DNA of 64,000 nt from contig CM059438.1 in the NCBI GenBank assembly GCA_030390025.1, positions 57,476,001 to 57,540,000 on the forward strand, written 5' to 3'. Position numbers and translations under genes: made by a program. Shown here one piece after another: positions 53,101-64,000 of this stretch (position 1 is the stretch's first letter; the number at the start of each line of letters is the position of its first letter). The notes beneath the pieces were generated by a model. It had not been told where the DNA came from. It was given only the letters and a program-made list of their open reading frames with translations, and did no database searches. This stretch comes from Squalus acanthias (Eukaryota).

Positions 53101-54770
53101 AGTGTTGTCCTATGAGGAGAGATTGAGTAGATTGGGCCTGTACTCTCTGGAGTTTAGAAGAATGAGAGGTGATCTCATTGAAACATATGATTCTGAGGGG
53201 GATTGACAGGGTAGATGCTGAGAGGTTGTTTCCCCTGGCTGGAGAGTCTAGAACTAGGGGACATAGTCTCAGGATAAGGGGTCAGCCTTTTAAGACTGAG
53301 ATGAGGAGGAACTTCTTCACTCAGAGGGTTGTGAATCTTTGGAATTCCCTACCCGAAAGGGCTGTGGATGCTGAGTCGTTGAGTATATTCAAGGCTGAGA
53401 TAGAGATATTTTTGGACTCTAGGGGAATCAAGGGATATGGGGATTGGGTGGGAAAGTGGAGTTGAAGTTGAAGATCAACCATAATCTTATTGAATAGCGG
53501 AGCAGGCTCGAAGGGCCATATGGCCTACTCCTGCTCCTAATTCTTATGTTCTTATGTTCTCGACATGTCTGCAGCCTTTGACACAGTTGACCACACCATC
53601 CTCCTCCATCGCCTCTCCACTGTCATCCAGCTTGGTGGGATTGCACTCGCCTGGTTTCATTCTTACCTATATAATCGTAGCCAGAGAATCACCTGCAATG
53701 GCTTCCCTTCCTGCTCCTGCACCGTTACCTCTGGTGTCCCCCAAGGATCTATTCTTGGCCCCCTCCTATTTCTCATCTACATGCTGCCCCTCGACGACAT
53801 CATCCGAAAAAGACAGCGTCAGTTTCCATATGTAAGCTGACGACACCTAGCTCCCTCTCACTACCACCTCTCTCGAACCCTCCACTGTCTCTAAATTGTC
53901 AGACTGCTTGTCCGACATTGCTACTGGATGAGCAGAAATGTCCTCCAACTAAATATTGGGAAGGCCGAAGCCATTGTCTTCAGTCTCCGCCACAAACTCC
54001 ATTCGCTAGCCACCAACTCCATTCCTCTCCCTGGCAACTGTTTGAGGCTGAACCAGACTGTTCGCAACCTTGGTGTCATATTTGACCCCAAGATGAACTT
54101 CCAACAACATATCCGCACCATCACTAAGACTGCCTATTTCCACCCCCGTAACATCTCCCGACTCCGCCCCTGCCTCAGCTCAGTCGCTGCTAAAAACCTC
54201 ATCCATGCTTTTGTCATCTCTAGACTTGACTATTCCAACGCACTCCTGGCCGGCCTCCCATCTCCCACCCTCCATAAACTTAAGCTCATCCAAAACTCTG
54301 CTGCCCGCATCCTAATTCGAACCAGGTTCTGTTAACCCATCACCCCTGTGCTCGCTGACCTACATTGGCTCCCAGTTAAGCAACGCCGCGATTTTAAAAT
54401 TCTTGTTTTCAAATCCCTCCATGGCCTCGCCCCTCCCTATTTCTGTAATTTCCTCCAGCCCCACAATTCTCCGAGATATCTGTGCTCCTCAAATTCTGGC
54501 ACTTGACCATCCCCGATTTTAATTGCTCGTGGCCATGCCTTCATCTGTCAATGCCCTAAGCTCTGGGGTTCCTTGCCTAAACTTAAACTTTCTTTCTAAA
54601 CCTCTCTGCCTCTCTATCCTCCTTTAAGAAGCTCTTTAAAACCTACATCTGCCCTAATATCTCCTTTTGTGGCTCGGTGTCAAATGTTGTTTTCTAACGC
54701 TCCTGTGAAGCGCCTTGGGTCGTTTTACTATGTTAAAGGCTCTATATAAATACAAGCTGTTGTTGTTGTT
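50133..54770 (+). mobile_element. L2 LINE (APE plus RT, decayed) interrupted by CR1
   Basis: [62 protein letters not shown] and (TTG)n tail. The empty site is visible at 19871-19900. Confidence 0.9.
51951..53557 (+). mobile_element. 5'-truncated CR1 nested in L2
   Basis: Frameshifted RT ORFs 52023-53465 and TTCTTATG tail. L2 resumes at ttctcgacatg. Confidence 0.92.
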
Positions 54771-56049
54771 TCACTTCTGAAGGCAATGGGACAATCCCAG
54801 TTTTACAGGGTAAGTGTCTAGATAAAACTAGTAAATTAGAAGTAACCTACCAGATCGTATTGGTTAAAGTTAATGAAGATGCAGGAGCTGACTCAATTTA
54901 TTCTAGAGCTGAAGGAAATGGCGAGTGTCTTACGTGAGGAATTTGTTGCTACTTTCAAGAGTTAATTACAGCCTGGGATGGTTCGTGAGATAGGAGGTTG
55001 TGACAGGTGGTCCCTCTCGTGCAGCCCTCCCAAAGAGATCCAAATGATCCTCCTTGAAGGGGATGGGAAGTTGGAGGTTGGGGGGGTCCACTACCTATGG
55101 CCAATGTTTCTCTGGTGTTATGGGCTGTATTATTTATAAAAAGAATGCAAGACGAGAGAATGACCTCTAGTTGGCATGAGGTACAGTCAAACCCAGGTAT
55201 CAGCATGCAGACCATAATGAGAGTGATAACAGGTGAATGAACCAAGCAATTGTATGCCATGTGAGGGTGTAAAGGTCCCCGCAATATCCCTCGGGCATCC
55301 CCTGCGTAACACAGTGATGAAGAGGTGACTGTTAGTTGCAAACACTCTTAGTTCAATTCATTTTTGGAAGTTGCGGCTGGTTCCTCTTACTTCACCAGAT
55401 CTGATAAGAGTGATCCACACATTTCAATTAAACATTTTGCAGCACTGTGGTGTTGGCATTATTTGCCCTGGCCCTCACCTGCCACTGCTGACCTTTCCAA
55501 ACACGACTATTCCATACTTTCCTGGCCAGCCTCCCATCCTCTGCACTCTGGAAATTTCATCAGATCCAAATCTTTGCTGCCTGTATCGTAACTGGCATTA
55601 AGTCCCACTCACTCATCACCCTTGCTGACTTACATGCTGACTAGTCCCCCAGCACCTCCAATTTAAAGTTTTCATCCTCGTGTTTAAATCCCTTGATGGC
55701 TTTGCCCTCTATACCTCTGTGATGTCCTCCAATCCTACAACCACGCCAGAATTATCTACTCCTCTGACTCTCTCGTGTATGCCCTCTCCCAGGTGTGCTT
55801 TCAATCACCTCGGCTCCACGCTCTGGAATTCCCTCTCTAAGACCATCTGCCTCTCCACCAACCTTTCTTCCTTTAACCCCCCCTTAAAACAAACCTCTTT
55901 GACTTTTAGTAACCCATTTTAATATCCATTTTTTGTTTGATTATGTCTCTGTGGCGTGCCTTTAATGTTTATCTACATTAAGGTCACTATATAAATGCAA
56001 GTTATTGCTGCTGTTGTTGACATATCTAAGACAGAAGTACAACAAATTT

Positions 56050-59000
56050 CCAGTGGAGCAGACAGGCGTTTCTGCGGCCGTAGACATGACTCCAGGATGG
56101 GATGTTGCCTCCCTGGTGCCAGGGTCAAGGATGTCACTGAGCGGCTGCAGGACACTCTGAGGGGGGAGGGTGAACAGCCAGAGGTCGTTGTCCATATCGG
56201 TATCAACGACATAGGCAGAAAGAGGGATGAGGTCCTGCAGGCAGAGTTTAGGGAGCTAGGAGAGAGATTAAAAAGCAGGACCTCAAAAAGATAGTAATCT
56301 CCGGATGCTATACTACCACATGCTAGTGAGCACAGGAATAGGAGGATAGAACAGATGAATGCGTGGCTGGAGAGATGGTGCAGGAGGGAGGGCTTTAGAT
56401 TCCTGAGGCAGTGGGACCATTTCTGGGGAAGGTGGGACCTGTACAAGCCAGACGGTTTACACCTCAATAGAGCCAGGACCAATATTATCACGGGGAGGTT
56501 TGTTAGTGCTATTGGGGAGGGTTTAAACCAGCTTGGTAGGGGGATGGACACTTGCATATAGGAGTAGAAAAGAGGAATAAAGTGCATAAAAGAGTGAGTG
56601 TGTTGGATAGTACTAGAGAAGATAGTACTAGAGGCGGTAGTAGTACCATATTAGATAGGAGCAGACTAAGAAAGACTACGAAAAATTCAAAAATGGGTTT
56701 GGAATGCATGTATGTAAACGCACAAAGTGTGGTGAATAAGGTTGGTGAGCTACAAGCACAATTAGCCGTGTGGTAATATGATGTTGTGGCAAATACGGAA
56801 ACGTGGCTTAAAAACGGTGAGGACTGGGCACTTAATATTCAAGGGTACAAGGTGTTCAGAAAAGATAGGGAAGGAAAAAAGGGAGGTGGAGTGGCAGTGC
56901 TGATTAAGGAAGACATTGTAATGTTGGAAAGGGAGGATGTTCTTGAGGGGACAAGGACAGAATCCATTTGGTTAGAGTTGAGGAGCAAAAAGGGTATGAT
57001 CGCGCTACTGGGGGTATTCTATAGGCCTCCGAATAGTGAGAGGGAGGTAGAGGAGCAAATCTGCAGGGAAATCGCAGAGATATGCAAGAGCTATAGAGTG
57101 GTGATATTGGGGGACTTTAATTACCCAAATATCGATTGGGATAATGCTAGGGTAAAGGGAAAGGAGGGGGAGGAATTTCTGAAATGTGTTCAGGAGAATT
57201 TCCTTGACCAGTATGTTCTTGGCCCAACTTGCTGGATCTGGTGCTGGGGAATGAGGTGGGCCAGGTCGACCAAGTGTCTGTGGGAGAACACTTGAGTATG
57301 AGTGATCATCGTATCATAAGATTTAGATTAGCAATGGAGAGGAGCAAGGAACAATCTAAAGTGGAACTTCTAAACTGGAATAGGGCTAACTTCAATGGGA
57401 TGCAAAAGGATATAGCCACGGTAAAATGGAACCAAAGACTGACAGGAAAAACTGTAACGGAACAATGGGTGATCTTTAAGGAGGAGATGTTCCAAGTACC
57501 GGCTAGGTACATTCCAACAAGAGGGAAGGGTAAGGGTACCAAAGCAAGGGCTCCTTGGATGACGAGGGAGATAGAGAAGATGATGAAACAAAAAAAGAGG
57601 GTGTATGATGCATGTCAGGTGAATTCTTCAAGGGAGAACCAAACCAAATACAATAACTTGAGTGGGGATGTGAAGATGAAAATACGATTGGCAAAGAGAG
57701 AATATGAGAGTAGAATTGTGGTTAACATAAAAGGGAACCCAAAAATCTTCTACCAGCATGTAAACAGTAAGCGGGTAGTAAGAGGCGGGGTGGGGCCTAT
57801 TAGAGTCAAAAAGGTGATATATGCTTAGAGGCGCAGGGCAAGACTAGAATACTCAATGAGTACTTTGTACCGGTGTTTACTAAGGAGGTGGATGCTGACA
57901 AAATATCGGTAGAAGTGGAAAAGGTAGAAGCAATGGAAGGGGTGAAAATTGATAGACAGGATGTACTAGAAAGGCTGAGTATGCTTAGAGTGGACAAGTC
58001 GCCTGGTCCAGATGGCTTGCATTCCAGGTTGCTAAGGGAATTGGGGGAGGAGATAGCGGAAGGGCTTGCCATAATTTTCCAATCTTCCCTAGATGCGGCG
58101 AGGTGCCTGAGGATTGGAAAGTGGCAAATGTGACACCATTGTTCAAGAAAGGGTGTAAGGACAATTCTAGTAACTACAGGCTGGTCAATTTAACATCAGT
58201 GGTGAGTAAAGTTTTAGAAACAATAATCAAGGAAAAAATTAACGGACACTTGGAGAGGTTTAAGCTAATTAAGGAGAGCCAACACGGATTTGTAAAAGGC
58301 AGATTGTGTTTGACTAATCTAATTGAATTTTTTGATGAAGTAACAGAGGATTGATGAAGGGAATGCAATGGATGTTGTCCACATGGATTTTCGCAAGGCG
58401 TTTGACAAAGTACCACATAGAAGGCTGGTTAACAAAATTGAGGCTCATGGAATAGGTGGGTCGGTGGCAACTTGGATAAAGAAATGGCTTAACAACAGAA
58501 AACAGCGAGTTGTGGTAAATGGCTGTTTTTCAGACTGGAGGATGGTAGACAGTGGTGTTCCCCAAGGGTCAGTGTTGGGGCCACTGCTTTTTTTGCTATA
58601 TATAAATGACCTGATATTGGAATACAGTGTAGAATTTCTAAATTTGCCGATGACACCAAACTTGGGGGTGTGGCAAACAGTGACGATAATACTAATCGAC
58701 TGCAACAAGACACAGAAAGGCTAGCAGAATGGGCAGACAAGTGGCAGATGGAATTTAATACAGAGAAGTGTGAGGTGCTGCATTTTGGCAGAAGGAACAG
58801 GGAGAGGCAATATACACTTAATGGCATCATTCTAAAGAGTGTGAAGGGACAGAGGGACCTGGGAGTTAATGTGCATAGGTCCCTCAAGGTAGCAGGGCAT
58901 ATTGAGAGAGTGGTTAACAAAGCATATGGGATCTTGGGCTTCATAAATAGAGGTATTGAGTACAAAAGTAGGGAAGTTATGCTGAACCTTTATAAAGTGC

Positions 59001-59222
59001 TGGTAAGGCCACAACTGGAGTATTGCATCCAGTTCTGGTCACTGCACTTTAGGAAGGATGTGAAGGCCCTTGCGAGGGTACAGAGGAGATTTACCAGAAT
59101 GGTTCCGGGGATCTTAGCTACAAGGACAGGTTGGAGAAGCTGGATTTGTTTTCATTAGAGCAAAGGAGGTTGAGGAGTGATTTGATAGAGGTGTACAAGA
59201 TTATGGCGGGTTTGGATAGGCT
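56050..59222 (+). mobile_element. Decayed CR1 with ORF1 esterase and ORF2
   Basis: CCLPGARVKDV..VHIGINDIG, YVNAQSV, TETWL, GDFN and RT motifs, with many frameshifts. Confidence 0.92.
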
Positions 59223-59224
59223 TA

Positions 59225-60165
59225 TAGGTTTATATTCAGCCTGATTCTCCCTTATATTATCAAGCTGAAATCTGTCATACATCCCCTTTTTCTGCTTCAT
59301 CCTACTTTCTAACTCCTTCATCATTCAGGGTGCTCTGGCTTTAGTTGCCCTCGCTTTCCCCCTTGTGGGAATGTACCTAAACTGTCCCTGAACCATCTCC
59401 TCTTTAAAGGCCGCCCATTGGTCCATTACATTTCTGCCTGCCAGTCTTTGACTCAAATTTACCCGGGCCAGAGCCCTCCTCAATTCACTGAAATAAGCCC
59501 TCCTCCAGTTATGTATTTTTATTCTAGATTGCTCCTTGTCCTTTTCCATAACTAATCTAAAGCTTACGAAACTATGATCACTATTCCCAAGATGCTCCCT
59601 GACTGTGACATTCTCCACTTGACCCACTTCATTCCCCAGGACTAGATCTAGCAATGCCTTCTTCCTCATTGATCAAGAAAATTCTGCTGAATACACTTCA
59701 GAAATTCCTCCCCTTCTCTGCCCTTAACACAATCATTGCCCCATTCAATATTGGGGTAGTTAAAGTCTCCCATTATTACAACTCTATAGTTCTTGCACCT
59801 CTCAGTAATCTCTTTGCAAATATGCTCCTCTATCTCCTTAACACTATTTGGTGGCCTCTAAAATACACCAAGTAGTGAAATAGCTTCTTTATTGTTTCTT
59901 AACTTCAACCAAATAGACTCTGTCTTTGACCCGCAAGGACAAGCTCTCTTTCCAGCAATGAAATATTTTCCTTAATCAAAACTGCTACCCCTCCTTCTTT
60001 TTTTCTTCCCTATCTTTCCTGAATACCTTGTGCCCAGTAATAGTAAGCGTCCAATCTTGCTCTTTTTGAGCCAGGTCTCGTTATCGCCATTACATCATAT
60101 TCCCACGTGGCTATTTGCGCCTGCAGCTCACCAACCCAATTAACCACACTTTGTGCATTTACACT
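59225..60165 (-). mobile_element. CR1 APE fragment
   Basis: LLDLVLGNE..LGNSDH in ORF 59325-59669. Confidence 0.82.
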
Positions 60166-60655
60166 CATGGTGAGTGAGACGGTATGCTAAAGTGCGATAG
60201 CTAAAGTGTGACAGGAAACAACTGTGATGCTCACAGAAAGTGCACATCATATGCAAAACTTTTAACATAATACCAGTCGATCCCCTGTGGCATTACACAT
60301 GGGGAATTCAAGACATAGGGCAACATTCAGGTTACACAGGGTTAAAGGGTAGGAGATAATTGGATACTGGCAGAGGAAGGGTGAGCGGTAAGGAGATAGA
60401 TAGGAGGAGAGAAGAGGAAGGGGTGGATAAGTGGAAGAAGAGGGAATACTATGGGGGAGAGGAGGAGGATGAGGAAAGGGCGGGGAGAGAGAGTGAAGGG
60501 GGAATGAAGGGAGCAAACGCAAGTAAACAACCTCAGTATGAAGGGGTAGCTGGGATTTTCATCTGAATGTGGTTGGGGTATGAACTGTCCTTCCCCGAGT
60601 CGGCGGCGAGAAGGAGAAAATAATAATAAGCAAACAAGATAAGAAGTAATCTTAC

Positions 60656-60682
60656 CTGAAACTATTTACTTCTTGATAACTC
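60656..60682 (-). CDS. 27-nt micro-exon (type C), phase 2/2, encodes SYQEVNSF
   Basis: Minus strand reads ggttttaatttctag|GAGTTATCAAGAAGTAAATAGTTTCAG|gtaagat. Phases 0 and 1 contain stops. Flanks are homologous to the exon at 24050. Confidence 0.8.
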
Positions 60683-61841
60683 CTAGAAATTAAAACCAGT
60701 ATCATCAGACAGGAGAAAATCAATTACTGCAACTAGATAAAATCCAATTGTCCATCAGTGTAATTTTCTTTGACTTTCACTAATATATGCATCTTCACTG
60801 AAACCCACCCTGATATACACCAAGCCTGCTGTAGCTCTTCCTGACATAAAATTGCTCCTCAATGTAACACTGATATACACAAGCCCCTCAGCACAAACAC
60901 TATTTAATGCACTAAGACCAATATCAGATCCTAGTTGAGTGCTGTCAGTGTCTATGTTGACTGTTATCTGGCTCAATGTTTTGCTGATATCTGATTTGCT
61001 CAAATTGGTTTCAGTAAAATGGGTCAAGGACCACTTTAGTAATTAGGGTTTGAGGGTCTGTTGAAAGAACAATGGAATACTGGTGTCACTTAATAACTGG
61101 TGGCCTGGAGCCTTTATTGGTAAAACAAAGACGGACAAACAGGATCTTAGTACAAAGTCCCAACAAAAGGAACCCAACCTTTGAACTAATATTGCTTCTG
61201 TCATGCACTACCACTCCAAAATATCAGGGAAACCAGCTATAAAAGGTAAGCAGCACACTCTTAATAATTGTAAAGTACAAGTTCCTTGATCCTTATAATT
61301 CCCTGAACCTGCTAATACCTTAAAACTGTTATAATAATATTTTATATTGTATTTGTCCAAATCAGACTGTGTACATCAGAGTCAGTGTTCTCTAACACAT
61401 GTGAACTCGACACATGATATAAACCTATTAATTTGTTACTGTGCCAATAACCAATATCCAATACGAATAAAGCCACAACCTGTGCCACATACACCTCTTC
61501 TGACCTGGTCCTTTCACTACATGGGCCTCCTAGAACATCCTAAATACTTGCTGCAACAATCTGTAGAATCACATTAAGAGCCACTGATATCAGTGAGATT
61601 CTGTGGTAAGTTTTAGGTTCAATAGGATCCCTCTTGTGGCTAGGAACTCCAGCTGCCCTCCAGAATACAGAAGGTGTGTGTAGAGAGTCCTCTTCATCGA
61701 CTTCAATAGGGCAGCTCAGCTCCAAGGCTTGTGGATGATTCAGGGCTCTGATCACCAAGACAACTCCCTTCCTTCACTCACCCAGAGCAGTTTATAGGAA
61801 TCAATACTGTACCATCTGTGCCGATTGTCCAACCATCAGCT

Positions 61842-61944
61842 AACTCTGTTTCTCTCTCCATGGATGCTGCCTGGCCTGCTGAGTTTTTCCAGTGTTTTCT
61901 GTTGTTATTTCGGATTTCCAGCATCCGCAGTATTTTGCTATCGT
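61842..61944 (+). mobile_element. Solo terminal fragment of the Penelope pLTR
   Basis: Near-identical to 5772-5874. Confidence 0.8.
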
Positions 61945-63007
61945 ATAAAGAAAAAAACTTTACTTGGTAGGGCCATGAGGATCAGGAGTGAACCTCCATG
62001 TCCTACAGGAATGTCTGGGCCTCTGCTTCCCTGGACTCCTCCCCGCCCCCCCCCTTTCCCATCTGTGAGACCTTGCCTAACCCCTACCCCCGCAACTCAC
62101 CTGACTGGCAGTGGGCAGCCCCCGGGCTGTCCAATCTTCACCTGCTGGCAGCCAGCCAACTGCCTCTATGCCAGTTTTGTGTGGGCAGCTGGCCGGCGAG
62201 ACGTTAATGAGGCCCAGCTATTAAAATTAGCCAGCCCCGCCCGCATGGAGATGCACAGGCGGCAAGTTCGGCGGCTCCCCCTGGATTTACACTCGGGAGT
62301 TAAAATCCCCGCTATTGGGTCAGACGCCAACTCAGTATCCTACTCCTTTCGAACTCCAAGGCTGCCCTCACAGGTTTGTTTGGGCAGCACCAGACTTGCC
62401 AATCATTAGCAGTAGCCCAGAGGAATCCATTTGATCGTGACTGACGCTAGAGTTTAGCCAATGGAAAAACAATTTAGGGTCATGTTTGTGTAGTTGTGTG
62501 CCCTTGCAGATGAATGGATCCTGCCCTTAGTGATCCTCCTAGCCTCAGGATGTGCTGTATCATAATCTTCCCTTACCAGAAACATTTGCTCACTCTGAAG
62601 AGACTTTGGTATTGCCTTACAGTTCTCATTCCTTTGCAAATATAACAAGATTCTGCTTAGTGGGAGTACCTATTAGGTTCTTGCATGGTTTATTTTTGAC
62701 TTCATCTGCAGAAGCACAGAATCATTCGCCACTTCATCTGCCATCCAGTACACCCTATCAATAATAAGTGGAGTCTGGGCCAAACTTCGTGGTGGGCATT
62801 ATCCTTGGCATCATCACTTATAGCACAGATGTCATCAGCCACTGTGACTTGGCAGTCATCCTTTGTTGTGAGTACACCATCTTGTTTAAGACAACTAAAA
62901 GCTTCCATCTTAATCAAGAAGATAACCAGCCAGTGGTCCAAAATTTCTCATTGGGATTGAGCATTGAAATTGGAAACAAAGCACACAGCAAGCTATTCAC
63001 GGCCACA

Positions 63008-64000
63008 TCTTCTTCTTCTTAGGCAGTCCCTCGGAACTGAGGATGACTTGCTTCCACACTAAAAATTAGTTCTCAGGTGACTGGTGAGTCCAATGCGGGA
63101 CCTACAGGCTCTGTCACAGGTGGGGCAGACGGTGGTTGAAGGGGTGGGTGGGTGGGATGCTTGGGTTGATGTGCGCTCCTTGCGCTGCTTGCACTTGGCT
63201 TCCGCTTGTTCCCGGCAAAGAGACTCGAGGTGTTCGGCGCCTTCCCGGATGCTTCTCCTCCACTTTGTGCGGTCTTGGGCCAGGGATTCCCAGGTGTCGG
63301 TGGGGATGTTGCACTTTTTCCAGGAGGCTTTGAGGGTGTCCTTGAAGTGTTTCCTCTGTCCACCTGGGGCTCTCTTGCCCTGTCGGAGCTCCGAGTAGAG
63401 CGCTTGTTTTGGAAGTCTCGTATCGGGCATGCAGACGATGTGGCCCGTCCATCGGAGCTGATCGAGCGTGGTCAAAACTTTGATGCTGGGGATGTTGGCC
63501 TGAGCGAGAACACTGACGTTGGTGTGCCTATCCTGCCAATGGATTTGCAGGATCTTGCGGAGGCATCGTTGGTGGTACCTCTCCAGTGCTTTGAGGTGCC
63601 TTCTGTACATGGTCCATGTCTCTGAAGCATACAGGAGGGCGGGTATCACTACTGCTATGTAGACCATGAGCTTGGTGCTGGGTTTGAGGTCCTGGTCTTC
63701 AAACACTCTCTTCCTCAGGCGACCGAAGGCTGCACTGGCACACTGAAGGCGGTGTTGGGCTTCGTCATCAACGTCTGCCCTTGTTGACAGTAGGCTCCTG
63801 AGGTATGGAAAGTGGTCCACGTTGTCAAAGGCCTCATCATGGATTTTGATAATCGGTGAGTAGTACTGTGTGGCAGGGGCAGGTTGGTAGAGGACCTTTG
63901 TCTTACGGATGTTTAGTGTAAGGCCTATGCTCTCGTATGCTTCGGTGAAGGTGTTGACGATGGTTTGGAGTTCGACCTCAGAGTGTGCGCAGATGCAAGC
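63008..64000 (-). mobile_element. RTE-clade LINE 3' part
   Basis: LLYASETWT, QLRWTGH, RLPKQALYSEL, C-terminal CPTC..GLTSH and (GAA)n tail at 63008-63019. Confidence 0.92.

Noticed and set aside
62454..63007. Short ORFs in apparently unique sequence
   Set aside because: No recognisable motifs or splice sites. Likely an old LINE remnant continuing from 61500-61760.
1..64000. CRISPR array, tRNA/rRNA genes or prokaryotic operons
   Set aside because: No repeat-spacer array or structural RNA gene seen. The sequence is vertebrate repeat-rich intronic DNA.

Overview
Eukaryotic vertebrate genomic DNA. The LINE, Penelope and Harbinger families look like those of a cartilaginous fish; this is inference from repeat content only. 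Most of the window is nested transposons: CR1, L2 and RTE LINEs, a Penelope element with hammerhead ribozymes, a young Gypsy LTR element, PIF/Harbinger elements and MITEs, and a G-rich minisatellite. Between the repeats, and invisible to the ORF track, is an array of nine paralogous 27-nt micro-exons on the minus strand (60656, 49461, 40022, 33178, 24050, 19308, 18785, 14745, 11303). Eight have canonical TAG/GT splice sites and one has a mutated acceptor. Only phase 2 is stop-free in all nine. Spliced together they give a 9-residue periodic peptide with R/K at every junction (..SYQEVNSF-R-CYGAAEKS-R-ADIQVNQQ-R-ISNEEDIL-K-ICQAADRF-R-SYQAPERS-R-..). The array arose by tandem duplication of an exon+intron unit and shows exon birth and death. 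The host gene cannot be identified from this window.
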